Below, piece after piece: positions 37,816-47,492 of a stretch of DNA of 57,574 nt. The stretch is from Candidatus Ventrenecus stercoripullorum (GTDB taxonomy: Bacteria > Bacillota_I > Bacilli_A > RF39 > UBA660). The notes under the pieces are model-generated. The model was not told where the DNA came from and ran no database searches. It was given only the letters and a program-made list of their open reading frames with translations. The DNA is taken from assembly GCA_018712835.1 (NCBI GenBank), contig DVGF01000046.1, forward strand, positions 1 through 57,574, written 5' to 3'. A program made the position numbers and the translations under genes. Position 1 is the first letter of the stretch. Each line of letters begins with the position of its first letter.

Positions 37816-37825
37816 GTTAATAACA
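37815..37825. promoter_or_regulatory. candidate repressor operator TGTTA-A-TAACA abutting the -10
   Basis: TGTTAATAACA is the same palindrome core found at 38636-38650 and 39098-39112 (TGTTATTAACA/G there). Confidence 0.45.
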
Positions 37826-37895
37826 GATGGCCAAGCTGTTAAAATTTTTAGGGCATGTTATTCACAAAATGATAATAACACAAAGGAGGAAGGGT

Positions 37896-38633
37896 ATGAA
37901 TTCTGAAGCAAGAGACGTTTTAGCTAAGTCTATAGAGGCATATCAAACTAAAGAAAAAAAGTTAGTCTCGTCCATTCAAGAAGGTTACATAGGAAAGAAT
38001 ACTTATGAAGTTACGTTAGAGAATGGGGAAACGATGATAAGTGACCAAATTACTAAGAGAAAAGATCATGGAAATGCGTCGGTTATTCTAGCAATTACTC
38101 ATAATCATAAATTTTTAGTTGTTGTACAGTCAAGACCTAATACGAAAGAAACCGTGGCAATAGAATTTCCTGCAGGAATGGCAGATGAAAAAGAGGTAGG
38201 AGAAATTACAGCTGTTCGAGAACTGATGGAAGAGACAGGGTATTTACCAGAGACTATTTCTAAACTGGAGGAACATTATCAAGACCAAGGGTGTAGTAAG
38301 GCAGTTATTACGACTTATTTAGCAGAAGGATGTAAAAAGGTTAGGGAACCTAAGTTGGATGCGGATGAAAATTTAAGTTATGTATTGTTAACAAAACGGG
38401 ATATTGAGGAATTAATGTTTGGACAACGTAAAGTTCCGACAAGAGTTAGACAATTTTTAGAAGATGTAATATATGACTTTTTAAAGCGACATCCACAGAG
38501 ATTCGAAAGAGAAAGAAAAAAATTAGAACTTAGAATACGTCAGGATAGCTTAATTAGAGAAATTGGTATGCGTGATGCAAATTCTAAAATTGCTTATTTA
38601 AGTTACAAATTAGAAAGAAAAACATTTTTTTAA
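37896..38633 (+). CDS. Nudix hydrolase (ADP-ribose pyrophosphatase-like) with C-terminal extension
   Basis: Nudix box 'GMADEKEVGEITAVRELMEETGY'. Start is ATG 37896 after GGAGGAAGGG (ORF track 37827). Confidence 0.8.
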   Translation: MNSEARDVLAKSIEAYQTKEKKLVSSIQEGYIGKNTYEVTLENGETMISDQITKRKDHGNASVILAITHNHKFLVVVQSRPNTKETVAIEFPAGMADEKEVGEITAVRELMEETGYLPETISKLEEHYQDQGCSKAVITTYLAEGCKKVREPKLDADENLSYVLLTKRDIEELMFGQRKVPTRVRQFLEDVIYDFLKRHPQRFERERKKLELRIRQDSLIREIGMRDANSKIAYLSYKLERKTFF

Positions 38634-38635
38634 AA

Positions 38636-38650
38636 TTTGTTATTAACAAA
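38636..38650. promoter_or_regulatory. 15-bp palindrome TTTGTTA-T-TAACAAA, candidate operator
   Basis: Perfect palindrome inside a 55-bp intergenic module that is repeated at 39087-39141. Confidence 0.45.
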
Positions 38651-38676
38651 ATATTAGAAAGAAAGGAAAGAGAGAT

Positions 38677-39081
38677 ATGGTATTAAAGATGAACCGTAAA
38701 ATGATAAAGAATATGATTGAACAATATTATCAAAGATTTTATAACATGGAAATTACTGCAGATATTAGAGCAAGTAAGGAATGTATGGGATATTATGAAC
38801 AGGAAGGATGTATGGTAACTATTGTTGCTCGGGGCGTGAAAACGTTAATGGGTGAAAGTATTCCTTATGAGGAGAGAATTACAGAGGAAAAATTAGAGGA
38901 AATTTGTAAGGAAATGCTTGCTTTAGAAGAAATGGAGGTATTACGAATTTCTTTTGATTCAGGACTTACTGATTCGACAGAAGGGTATGGATATGGTGAG
39001 CATACTGTTATAAGAGCTTATTTTCATGGGATTGAAGTTACTGTAAATCCTATTCAGCAAATGAATTTAGTTAGAAAATAA
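38677..39081 (+). CDS. hypothetical 134-aa protein in the NAD operon
   Basis: Good RBS (AAAGGAAAGAGAG). I recognise no motif. Confidence 0.55.
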   Translation: MVLKMNRKMIKNMIEQYYQRFYNMEITADIRASKECMGYYEQEGCMVTIVARGVKTLMGESIPYEERITEEKLEEICKEMLALEEMEVLRISFDSGLTDSTEGYGYGEHTVIRAYFHGIEVTVNPIQQMNLVRK

Positions 39082-39097
39082 AATTATTTTTTTAAAA

Positions 39098-39112
39098 TTT
39101 GTTATTAACGAT
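39098..39112. promoter_or_regulatory. imperfect copy of the palindrome (TTTGTTA-T-TAACGAT)
   Basis: Second copy of the intergenic module, just before pncA. Confidence 0.4.
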
Positions 39113-39138
39113 ATATTAAGAAGAGAGGAAAGAGAGAT

Positions 39139-39723
39139 ATGAAAAATTTAGAAGAAGTTAATAGTGCAATCTTCGTGATTGACATGAATAATGGATTTTG
39201 TGAGGAAGGAGCACTTGCAGATCCAACAATAAAAGGAATTGTTCCAAATATTAGAAAGATTATTATGGATGGTTTGAAAAGAGAAAGTGCTTTGTTTTTT
39301 GTAAATGATAAACATACAGAAGACAGTGTAGAAATAAAAAGATATGCAGGGCATTGTATTACTCCTAGAGAACAAAAAACAATTAAGGAATTAAGTATTT
39401 TTGAAGAATACGCAGATAGAGTTTTTTATAAGAATTCTACATGTGCATTGTTTGCACCAGGAATGATGGAGATGTTACTTCAAATGAAAAACTTAGAAAG
39501 AATTGTTATTACTGGGTGTTGTACCGATATTTGTATTATGAATTTTGCAGTTGCTTTAAGAAATTTTATGGATGAGTGGAATGTCGATATTGATATTGTG
39601 GTACCTATAAATGCAGTAGAGACTTTTCATATTCCGAATGTTCATGAAAGGGAAGAAGCAAACCAATTTGGATACCGTGTTATGGAAAGTAATGGTATTC
39701 GTTTAGTAAAGGAGATGGATTAA
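39139..39723 (+). CDS. pncA: nicotinamidase (isochorismatase-family cysteine hydrolase)
   Basis: 'VIDMNNGF', 'ITGCCTDICI' (catalytic Cys), and adjacency to pncB. Confidence 0.75.
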   Translation: MKNLEEVNSAIFVIDMNNGFCEEGALADPTIKGIVPNIRKIIMDGLKRESALFFVNDKHTEDSVEIKRYAGHCITPREQKTIKELSIFEEYADRVFYKNSTCALFAPGMMEMLLQMKNLERIVITGCCTDICIMNFAVALRNFMDEWNVDIDIVVPINAVETFHIPNVHEREEANQFGYRVMESNGIRLVKEMD

Positions 39724-39724
39724 T

Positions 39725-41194
39725 ATGAACGAACTTAATTTAGCAATGGCTACTGATTTGTATGAACTTACAATGAGCCAAGGATATTTTAATGAAAAGA
39801 AAACAGAAGAGGTTGCTGTATTTGATGCTTTTTTTAGAAAGATGCCATTTGATTCAGGCTATGCTATTATGGGTGGACTAGATGAAATTATTCGGGTTAT
39901 TCAAAATTTTCGTTTTACAGAAAAAGATATTGAGTATTTTAGAGAATTGCATTTGTTTACAGAACCATTTTTAGAATATTTAAGAAATTTTCGGTTTCAC
40001 GGTAGTATTTATGCTATACCAGATGGTACGGTGGTGTTTGGTGGAGAGCCACTTGTAACGGTGAAAGCTCCTTTGATAGAAGCCCAGCTTGTTGAAACGG
40101 TGCTATTAAGTTATTTGAATTCTCACATTGCTTGGACAACTGCTTCAAAAAGAATTAGTGAAGCGAGTGGGGGAAGAGCTATTAGTGAGTTTGGTCTTCG
40201 AAGAAGTATGTCGCCAATTGCTGGGCTTTATGCTAGTAAGTGTAGTTTTATAGGAGGATGTAAATCTACTTCTAATGTGCTTGCTGGTGAGGTTTATGGT
40301 ATTCCTGTTAGTGGGACGATTGCACATAGTTATATAACGTCTTTTGACTCAGAGTATGATGCATTTTTAGCTTATGCTAAAGCTTATCCTCATGCTTGTA
40401 CATTACTTGTCGATACTTATGATGTGTTAACAAGTGGGTTACCTAATGCTATTCGTGTAGCAAAAGAGTTTTTAATTCCAAATGGACAAAAATTACAAGC
40501 AATTCGGATTGACTCTGGAGACCTTGCTAAGTTATCGAAGAAAGCCCGAAAGATGCTTGATGAAGCAGGACTTACTGAAACTCATATTTGTGTATCGAAT
40601 GGATTAGATGAAAAAGCAATTCGTTCTTTATTAGAACAAGGAGCCCCAATAGATTTCTTTGGGGTTGGAGATAATATTGTACTTCCTAATTATGCTAGAG
40701 TGGGTGTTGTTTATAAAAATGTTGCATTACAAAAAACGAAAGATGAAGAATTTATTTCTAAGATAAAGGCTAGTAATGATGAAGCAAAAGCAATTACTCC
40801 GGGATATAAAAAAGTTTATCGTTTTTATGATAATGAAAGTAATTTGGCTTTAGGGGATGTGCTCGCATTTCATAACGAAGAGATACCACAGAATGAATTT
40901 ACTTTAATTGATCCGGTGAATAACTTAAATCAAACAACGATTCGAAATTACAGGGTTCGTGAGCTACAAGTTCCAATTTTCTTAGATGGTAAATTGGTTT
41001 ATAAAGAGCCTTCTATTTACGCAAAACAAGCTTATTGTGATGCGGAAATGTTAACTATTCCAGAAGAAGTAAAACGTTATGAAAAACCTCAAAAATACTT
41101 TGTTGATATGACGAAGGATCTTATTCAAAAGAAAAGAGAGTTACTTACTCTTGCGAAACATCAAGGAATGTCTTTAACAAGAAAAGTTGGTTAG
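39725..41194 (+). CDS. pncB: nicotinate phosphoribosyltransferase
   Basis: 489 aa with 'ATDLYELTMSQGYF', 'GTIAHSYI' and 'IRIDSGDL'. Confidence 0.9.
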   Translation: MNELNLAMATDLYELTMSQGYFNEKKTEEVAVFDAFFRKMPFDSGYAIMGGLDEIIRVIQNFRFTEKDIEYFRELHLFTEPFLEYLRNFRFHGSIYAIPDGTVVFGGEPLVTVKAPLIEAQLVETVLLSYLNSHIAWTTASKRISEASGGRAISEFGLRRSMSPIAGLYASKCSFIGGCKSTSNVLAGEVYGIPVSGTIAHSYITSFDSEYDAFLAYAKAYPHACTLLVDTYDVLTSGLPNAIRVAKEFLIPNGQKLQAIRIDSGDLAKLSKKARKMLDEAGLTETHICVSNGLDEKAIRSLLEQGAPIDFFGVGDNIVLPNYARVGVVYKNVALQKTKDEEFISKIKASNDEAKAITPGYKKVYRFYDNESNLALGDVLAFHNEEIPQNEFTLIDPVNNLNQTTIRNYRVRELQVPIFLDGKLVYKEPSIYAKQAYCDAEMLTIPEEVKRYEKPQKYFVDMTKDLIQKKRELLTLAKHQGMSLTRKVG

Positions 41195-41210
41195 TAGGAG
41201 GTTGATACAA

Positions 41211-42125
41211 ATGAATTATAAGGTTTTCTCTAGTAGTGAAGGGAATGTTTGGAAATATGTTTTTACAAAAGAAGATATGGTAGCAGAAGCTGTTTTGTAT
41301 CGGTATTCAGACTTTTATGAAAGAACAGTGATTTGTTGTAGCGTCATGAGTGGGTGTCCTGTTGGATGTAAATTTTGTGGAACTGGTGCTAAATTTGTTA
41401 GAAATTTAATAAGTGAAGAAATTGTAAAACAAATAGAACTTGTTTTAACAGATAAAAATCTTATTTCTGACATTAATTCTAAATGCAAAAAACTTCAATT
41501 TATGTTTATGAGCATGGGTGAACCTATGTTAAATTGGGGGCAGGTAGAATTTGCAATTCGCACATTACATAAAAGATTTCCTAATGCTCAGTTACTTATT
41601 TCTACAGTGGGCTGTGACGATGATGTTGTATTTTCTAAAATCATTCAACTATCTAAAGAAATTGATAAGGTAGGGTTACAATTTTCAATTCATAAATCTA
41701 ATGATAAGGAGCGAGATCAGTTAATTCCTTTTCAAAAGAAAATGTCTTTGGAAAAAATTCGTGATGCTGGTATTGTTTGGTGGAAAGAAACTGGTAGAAA
41801 ACCTTATTTAAATTATTGTATCGATGGTACTAATAATTCATCGAAAGATTTTCGTAGGTTGGCACATTTATTTTCACCGGTTGTATTTTGTTTTACTTTT
41901 AGTGTTGTTTGTTCCTCAGATGAAACTATGAAAGATAGTGCTTTTCGAAATTTAGGGATTATTCAGAAATTTCAAGAACGTTTTTTAGAAAAAGGATATA
42001 ATACACGTATTTTTGATCCTGCTGGTCAAGATGATATTGGTGGCGGTTGTGGTCAATTATGGTATGTTCAAAATTGGTTAAAGGAGCATCGAAAAAACGA
42101 AAGGAGTAGAGATAGATATGAATAA
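41211..42125 (+). CDS. RlmN/Cfr-like radical SAM protein (divergent, short)
   Basis: 'TVICCSVMSGCPVGCKFCGTGAKFVRNLISEEIVKQI', 'FMSMGEPMLN' and C-terminal 'GGGCGQLW' parallel the RlmN motifs. AGGAGG lies before ATG 41211 (ORF track 41187). Confidence 0.6.
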   Translation: MNYKVFSSSEGNVWKYVFTKEDMVAEAVLYRYSDFYERTVICCSVMSGCPVGCKFCGTGAKFVRNLISEEIVKQIELVLTDKNLISDINSKCKKLQFMFMSMGEPMLNWGQVEFAIRTLHKRFPNAQLLISTVGCDDDVVFSKIIQLSKEIDKVGLQFSIHKSNDKERDQLIPFQKKMSLEKIRDAGIVWWKETGRKPYLNYCIDGTNNSSKDFRRLAHLFSPVVFCFTFSVVCSSDETMKDSAFRNLGIIQKFQERFLEKGYNTRIFDPAGQDDIGGGCGQLWYVQNWLKEHRKNERSRDRYE

Positions 42126-44037
42126 AGAATTTGGTTATGTTAGAGTCGCGGCAGTTGTGCCAGAGTTAAGAGTTGCTAATCCTATATTTAATACAGATGT
42201 AATTTTAAAAGAGGTGGATGTTTTGGAAGAAAAGGGTGTACAAATTGCCCTTTTTCCAGAACTAAGTTTGACTGGTTATACTTGTGGAGATTTGTTTTTA
42301 CAAGATGTGTTGTTAGAAAAAGCTAAGGATAGTTTGATAAAACTTGCGCATGCGACTCAGGATAAAAACATTTATGTGATTGTTGGTCTTCCTCTTCTTG
42401 TTGGCAACGAACTTTATAATTGTGCAGCAGTCGTTGGAAGAGGGCATATTCTAGGAATTGTTCCGAAAACTTATATTCCAAATTATCAAGAGTTTTATGA
42501 AGCAAGATGGTTTTCTTCTGAAGCTCATTTACAGATGACAGAAGTTACTATTGAAAATGAAGTCGTGCCAATTGGTCGGGATTTGCTTTTTCAGGATACA
42601 GAAAAGAATGCGATTACGTTTGGTATTGAAATTTGTGAAGACGCTTGGGCACCAAATTCGCCAAGTACACATCTTTCTCTTTCAGGGGCAACTATGATAT
42701 TTAATTTATCTGCTAGTAATGAAGTGATTGGTAAGTATGAGTATCGAAAAGATTTGCTTAAAATGTTATCTTCTAAAAATACTTGTGGTTACGTGTATGC
42801 TTCTAGTGGAGTAAATGAGTCTAGTTCTGATTTGGTTTTCTCAGGGTTTGCTGGGATATTTGAGAATGGAACGTTGTTACAAGAAAACGACCGATTTTCT
42901 TTTGAGACAACTCACATTATCGAAGATGTAGATATCGAGAGAATTATGAGTGACCGGAGAAAAAATAAGAGTTTCTTTGGTCAAAATACACAGGTGTCAC
43001 GTGTAATACCAATTACGATTGTTGATAACAATACTGATTTTTTAAGAGAGTATTCTACTACGCCATTCGTACCAAAGAATGAGGGACTTCGTCAAGCACG
43101 CTTTGAAGAAATTATTCGTATTCAAGCTTCTGGACTTGCGAAAAGAATGAAAGCAACAGGTATTAAAAAGTGTGTGTTAGGACTCTCTGGAGGACTTGAC
43201 TCTACTCTTGCATTTTTAGTGATTATGGAAAGTTTTAAGATGTTACATATTCCTTTTCGGAATTGTATTGCAGTTACTATGCCAGGTTTTGGAACAAGTA
43301 AGAGAACTCTTGAAAATTCTTTAAAACTTATTGAAGCTTATGGAGTTACTGGCATGGAAATTTCTATTAAGGATGCTAGTTTACAACATTTTAAAGATAT
43401 TGGACTTGATGTGTCTAAAAAAGATGTTACTTATGAAAATACGCAGGCACGTGAGAGAACGCAAATACTGATGGATCTTGCTAATTTACATCAAGCGTTA
43501 GTCATTGGAACTGGTGATTTATCAGAACTGGCACTTGGCTGGTGTACTTATAATGGAGACCATATGTCTATGTATGCTGTGAATACTTCTATTCCTAAGA
43601 CTTTGGTAAGATATTTAGTTCAGTATTTTGTAGAAAAAGAAAAAAATGAAAGCATTAAAAAGACGTTAAAAGACATTTTGGATACGCCGATTAGTCCTGA
43701 ACTTTTGCCTCCTGATACACTCGGAAATATTACGCAGAAAACAGAAAGTGTTGTAGGTCCTTATCTTTTGCATGATTTTACGATGTATCACTTTTTGAGG
43801 TATGGAGCAAGTCCAAAGAAGATTGAGTTTTTAGAAAATCATGCTTTTCAAGGAATGTATTCTAAGGAAGAAATTCATAAATGGTTAGATTTTTTCTTTC
43901 AAAGATTTTTTAGTCAACAATTTAAAAGGAATTGTATGCCAGATGGGGTAAAAGTTGGAACGATTAGCGTTTCTCCTAGAGGAGACCTTAGAATGCCTAG
44001 TGATGCTGATGCAAGTATTTGGAGAGATGAATTATGA
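42118..44037 (+). CDS. nadE: glutamine-dependent NAD+ synthetase (nitrilase + synthetase domains)
   Basis: 639 aa. An N-terminal CN-hydrolase domain ('FPELSLTGYTCGDLF', 'ICEDAW') is followed by 'GLSGGLDSTLA'. Confidence 0.9.
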   Translation: MNKEFGYVRVAAVVPELRVANPIFNTDVILKEVDVLEEKGVQIALFPELSLTGYTCGDLFLQDVLLEKAKDSLIKLAHATQDKNIYVIVGLPLLVGNELYNCAAVVGRGHILGIVPKTYIPNYQEFYEARWFSSEAHLQMTEVTIENEVVPIGRDLLFQDTEKNAITFGIEICEDAWAPNSPSTHLSLSGATMIFNLSASNEVIGKYEYRKDLLKMLSSKNTCGYVYASSGVNESSSDLVFSGFAGIFENGTLLQENDRFSFETTHIIEDVDIERIMSDRRKNKSFFGQNTQVSRVIPITIVDNNTDFLREYSTTPFVPKNEGLRQARFEEIIRIQASGLAKRMKATGIKKCVLGLSGGLDSTLAFLVIMESFKMLHIPFRNCIAVTMPGFGTSKRTLENSLKLIEAYGVTGMEISIKDASLQHFKDIGLDVSKKDVTYENTQARERTQILMDLANLHQALVIGTGDLSELALGWCTYNGDHMSMYAVNTSIPKTLVRYLVQYFVEKEKNESIKKTLKDILDTPISPELLPPDTLGNITQKTESVVGPYLLHDFTMYHFLRYGASPKKIEFLENHAFQGMYSKEEIHKWLDFFFQRFFSQQFKRNCMPDGVKVGTISVSPRGDLRMPSDADASIWRDEL

Positions 44038-44735
44038 AAAGTTTACAAGTAGTTACACCAAGTGAACCGTGTATTTATCATTGTCCATTTTGTATTTCTA
44101 AAACACATCGGCACTTTAATCGATTTCAAAATGTTTATCAAGAAGATTTTCAAACATGGAAAACATCTTTGGAACAAGTTTTAGAAGAAAATAAAGATTT
44201 AAAAACAGTTGTTATTACAGGGACGAATGAACCAATGCAAATGCCAAAGTGTGTTAAAGATATTTTGGATATTGTTCGAGCAAAGAGAAAAGATGTTACG
44301 GTAGAAATTCAAACAAGACGTTATTTGCCTAGTCGTCTTTATGAAGAAATTGATATTGTGGCCTATAGTATAGCTTCTTTTTCTCTTTTGGATAAAATAG
44401 AGGTGTGTGGCAAGAAAGCACGTTATGTTATTATTCTTACCGATTCTTTTTCACATAAATCTTTACAAGAAATTTTAGCAAACATTCCCGATACGGTATC
44501 ACAAGTTACGTTTAAGGTGTTACAAGAAAGTATTGATGGAAATACCGAAGTGGATAAATGGATTCAAATTCATAAGGCAGATGATGAGACTGTGCAAAAA
44601 ATAAAAGAGGATATCTCGAATTATCATGGAACTAAATCTATTTTCTTTGATGAATGCTGCATGAATGCTAAAGCGCGTTATGAGATATTTCGCTGTGATG
44701 GTAAGGTTTATAAAGATTGGGATGAAGTGAAATGA
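44034..44735 (+). CDS. small radical SAM-motif protein
   Basis: 'PCIYHCPFC' (CxxxCxxC) near the N-terminus and 'ITGTNEP'. ATGA overlaps at both ends. Confidence 0.55.
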   Translation: MKSLQVVTPSEPCIYHCPFCISKTHRHFNRFQNVYQEDFQTWKTSLEQVLEENKDLKTVVITGTNEPMQMPKCVKDILDIVRAKRKDVTVEIQTRRYLPSRLYEEIDIVAYSIASFSLLDKIEVCGKKARYVIILTDSFSHKSLQEILANIPDTVSQVTFKVLQESIDGNTEVDKWIQIHKADDETVQKIKEDISNYHGTKSIFFDECCMNAKARYEIFRCDGKVYKDWDEVK

Positions 44736-45292
44736 AAATAGGAATTTTTGGAGGAAGCTTTAATCCTCCACATAAAGTTCATAGACAAATTGTAGAGACT
44801 TTAAAAAAGCAGGGATATGTAGATAAAATCATTATTGTGCCTACAGGAATTCATTATGAATATAAAAGTAACTTAGTGGATAATCGTTATCGATTGGATA
44901 TGTTACATCTTTTGTTTTATGACTTAGATTACGTTTCTATTAGTGATTATGAAATGAAAGCGTATCCTGTATATACTTATCAAACCTTAGATTATTTTAA
45001 TAAGCAATATCCACAGGATGACATTTATTTTATTTGTGGTGTCGATAATTTAAGTTATATGAATGAGTGGAAGCATCCAGAAGTAATAAAGAAGTATCCT
45101 TTGCTTGTTTTGGAAAGAGGAAATGTTAGTATACCTAGTTGTAATTTTGATGTGACAATGGTTTCTTTTTCTAGATCTAATATTTCTTCTACATTGGTAC
45201 GTGAAAAAGTAAAACATAAGGAGTCAGTTCTTTCTTATGTTCCTAAGGCAATTGCTGATTATATTTTAAAGTATCAATTATATAAGGAGTGA
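44732..45292 (+). CDS. nadD: nicotinate-nucleotide adenylyltransferase
   Basis: 'IGIFGGSFNPPHKVH' and 'ISSTLVR'. Confidence 0.9.
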   Translation: MKIGIFGGSFNPPHKVHRQIVETLKKQGYVDKIIIVPTGIHYEYKSNLVDNRYRLDMLHLLFYDLDYVSISDYEMKAYPVYTYQTLDYFNKQYPQDDIYFICGVDNLSYMNEWKHPEVIKKYPLLVLERGNVSIPSCNFDVTMVSFSRSNISSTLVREKVKHKESVLSYVPKAIADYILKYQLYKE

Positions 45293-45297
45293 TTTTT

Positions 45298-45765
45298 GTG
45301 GATATGATTGAAAAGTTAGTACATGAATTAACGGAGAAAAAGCTTACGATTTCTTTTATGGAAAGTGCTAGTGGTGGTGGACTAGCTAATGCCGTTACAA
45401 ATGTAGAAGGGGCAAGTGAAGTATTAGGATTTAGTGCGGTAACCTATAGTAATGAATTTAAAATTAAAATGGGTGTACCTCAAGATGTTATTCTTAAATA
45501 CACAGTTTATAGTATGGAAACTGCAAAAGAAATGGCTCGTAGCATTAAAGAGTTTAGTCATTCTTCTATTGGTGTAGGAGTTACTGGCAAACTAAATCGT
45601 GTGGATAAGTACAATTTATACGGGGATGATCATGTTGTTTTTGTAGCAGTTTTTTATCAAGGACAGTTTTATGAGTATTCTTATCGTGCTCAAAAGAAAA
45701 GTCAAAAAGAGAATAAGGAAGATTTGATTTTATTTATTGCAGAAAGAATATTGGAGTTATTATGA
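45298..45765 (+). CDS. pncC: CinA C-terminal domain / nicotinamide-nucleotide amidase-like
   Basis: 'ISFMESASGGGLANAVTNVEGASEVLGFSAVTYSNEFK'. Start is either GTG 45298 (8 nt after AAGGAG) or GTG 45289. Confidence 0.7.
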   Translation: MDMIEKLVHELTEKKLTISFMESASGGGLANAVTNVEGASEVLGFSAVTYSNEFKIKMGVPQDVILKYTVYSMETAKEMARSIKEFSHSSIGVGVTGKLNRVDKYNLYGDDHVVFVAVFYQGQFYEYSYRAQKKSQKENKEDLILFIAERILELL

Positions 45766-46550
45766 AACGGGTAAAGTTGTTTGTAAATCATACTGAGAAA
45801 GCACGTAAGGTAGCTAGTGAGTTAGAGCAAGAACTCATAGAAAACGGACTATCTAATTCTCTTCGACCTCAACTGGGGATTAGTGTAGGTGGTGATGGTG
45901 CTTTTCTTCGTATGGTGAAACAGTGTCACTTTAATGAAAATATGTATTTTGTAGGAATTCATGCGGGTACACTTGGGTTTTTACAAGAAATTGATGTGGC
46001 GCGGATGAAAGATTTTGTAAGTCGTTTAAAAGAGAATGATTATAAAATTGAAACGTTAAATTTAATCGAGGTACGTGTGGTTACAAAGATGCGTCAGTAT
46101 GTTTTTACAGCGTTAAATGAAGTTGTCGTTCGTGATAAATCGTTTCGAACTTTGAAACTCAAAGTAGAAGTTGACTCAGAACTATTAGAGCATTATGTTG
46201 GAGATGGGCTATTGATTAGTAGTTCGACAGGTTCTACTGCATATAATATGAGTTTTGGTGGGGCGATTGTTTATAATACTTTAGATACCTTACAAATTAC
46301 ACCGATTGCCCCTTTAAATAATCGAGTATACCAAACGTTATCTAATTCTTTTATTCTTCCTTCTGATAAGCATATTATTCTTTCTTTGGAAGGAGAATAT
46401 TCTAATCTTTTCTTATCTATTGATGGGGTGAATAAGACTTTCCAAGATGTTGTAAGAGTTGAGACTAAGATTAGTGACAAGAAATTAAGTGTTCTTCGGA
46501 TGCAAGATTTTCATTTCGTGCGAGTTGTTCATGAAAAACTTTTGGATTAA
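45762..46550 (+). CDS. nadK: NAD kinase
   Basis: 'GGDGAFLR' and 'GLLISSSTGSTAYNMSFGG'. Confidence 0.9.
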   Translation: MKRVKLFVNHTEKARKVASELEQELIENGLSNSLRPQLGISVGGDGAFLRMVKQCHFNENMYFVGIHAGTLGFLQEIDVARMKDFVSRLKENDYKIETLNLIEVRVVTKMRQYVFTALNEVVVRDKSFRTLKLKVEVDSELLEHYVGDGLLISSSTGSTAYNMSFGGAIVYNTLDTLQITPIAPLNNRVYQTLSNSFILPSDKHIILSLEGEYSNLFLSIDGVNKTFQDVVRVETKISDKKLSVLRMQDFHFVRVVHEKLLD

Positions 46551-46577
46551 TGGTATACTAGTAGTGGAGTTGATATT

Positions 46578-47393
46578 ATGTCGTATAAAAATGAAGAGGA
46601 GTTTTTAGCTCATTATAATCCGAATGAATTTGATAGGCCTTCTGTGACAACTGATATATTAATTGTTAGTATTAGTGATGAGGCCCCAACTAATTATCGT
46701 AAAAGTAAGAAGAAATCTATGAGTATCTTGCTTGTGAAGAGAAATGACTATCCTTTTAAAGATATGTGGTGCTTGCCGGGTGGATTTCTTAGAATGGACG
46801 AGGAGTTAGAAGACGCACCAAAAAGAATTTTGGCAACCGAAACAAATTTACGAGACATTTATTTAGAGCAGTTATATACGTTTGGTGGTGTTCATCGTGA
46901 TCCACGGATGCGGGTGTTATCAGCTTCTTATATCGCTTTAGTAGATAAAAATAAGTTGCCTGAAAAAATTCATGAAAATGCAAAGTGGTTTGATGTCGAT
47001 TATGTCGAAGATCATGATCACGTGAAAGTGTATCTATCTAGTGAGGAAGAAAATTTCTCTTTTGAGATTAAGAAAATTTTGCACGAAAAAACAACGGACC
47101 GTTACCGTTTTGAAATTGTTTCAAATGCTGCTTTAGCATTTGACCATCCACTTATCATTTGGAGTGGAATTGAAAGACTTAAGAATAAGATTAGTTATAC
47201 GGATATTGTCTTTAATATGATGCCAGAGTATTTTACACTTGGAGAACTTCAAAAAGTTTATGAAGTGATTTTGCATAAGAAACTGCTTGATCCTGCTTTT
47301 CGTAGAATTATTGCTGATAAAGTAGAAAAGACAGAATTTATGGAAACAGGGGCAGGACATAGACCATCTTATATGTACCGATATAAGAAATAA
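46578..47393 (+). CDS. nrtR: NrtR-like Nudix-related transcriptional regulator
   Basis: An N-terminal Nudix-fold ('WCLPGGFLRMDEELEDAPKRILATETNL') is followed by a C-terminal winged-helix-like region ('FTLGELQKVYEVILHKKLLDPAFRRII'). It is the last gene of the NAD operon. Confidence 0.7.
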   Translation: MSYKNEEEFLAHYNPNEFDRPSVTTDILIVSISDEAPTNYRKSKKKSMSILLVKRNDYPFKDMWCLPGGFLRMDEELEDAPKRILATETNLRDIYLEQLYTFGGVHRDPRMRVLSASYIALVDKNKLPEKIHENAKWFDVDYVEDHDHVKVYLSSEEENFSFEIKKILHEKTTDRYRFEIVSNAALAFDHPLIIWSGIERLKNKISYTDIVFNMMPEYFTLGELQKVYEVILHKKLLDPAFRRIIADKVEKTEFMETGAGHRPSYMYRYKK

Positions 47394-47418
47394 AACAGGG
47401 TTAGTAGCCTTGTTTTTG
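47394..47418 (+). terminator. rho-independent terminator after the NAD operon
   Basis: aacaggg-ttagtag-ccttgtt followed by ttt. Confidence 0.6.
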
Positions 47419-47439
47419 CTTTGATAGATTTTATAAAAA

Positions 47440-47468
47440 TTGATATTATTTTTCATATTTGTTATACT
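47440..47468 (+). promoter_or_regulatory. promoter (copy 1 of a duplicated 38-bp module)
   Basis: TTGATA, 17-nt spacer, TATACT. The module 47437-47474 is identical to 49027-49064. Confidence 0.6.
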
Positions 47469-47492
47469 ATTAATGAAATTTTGGAGGTCTTT

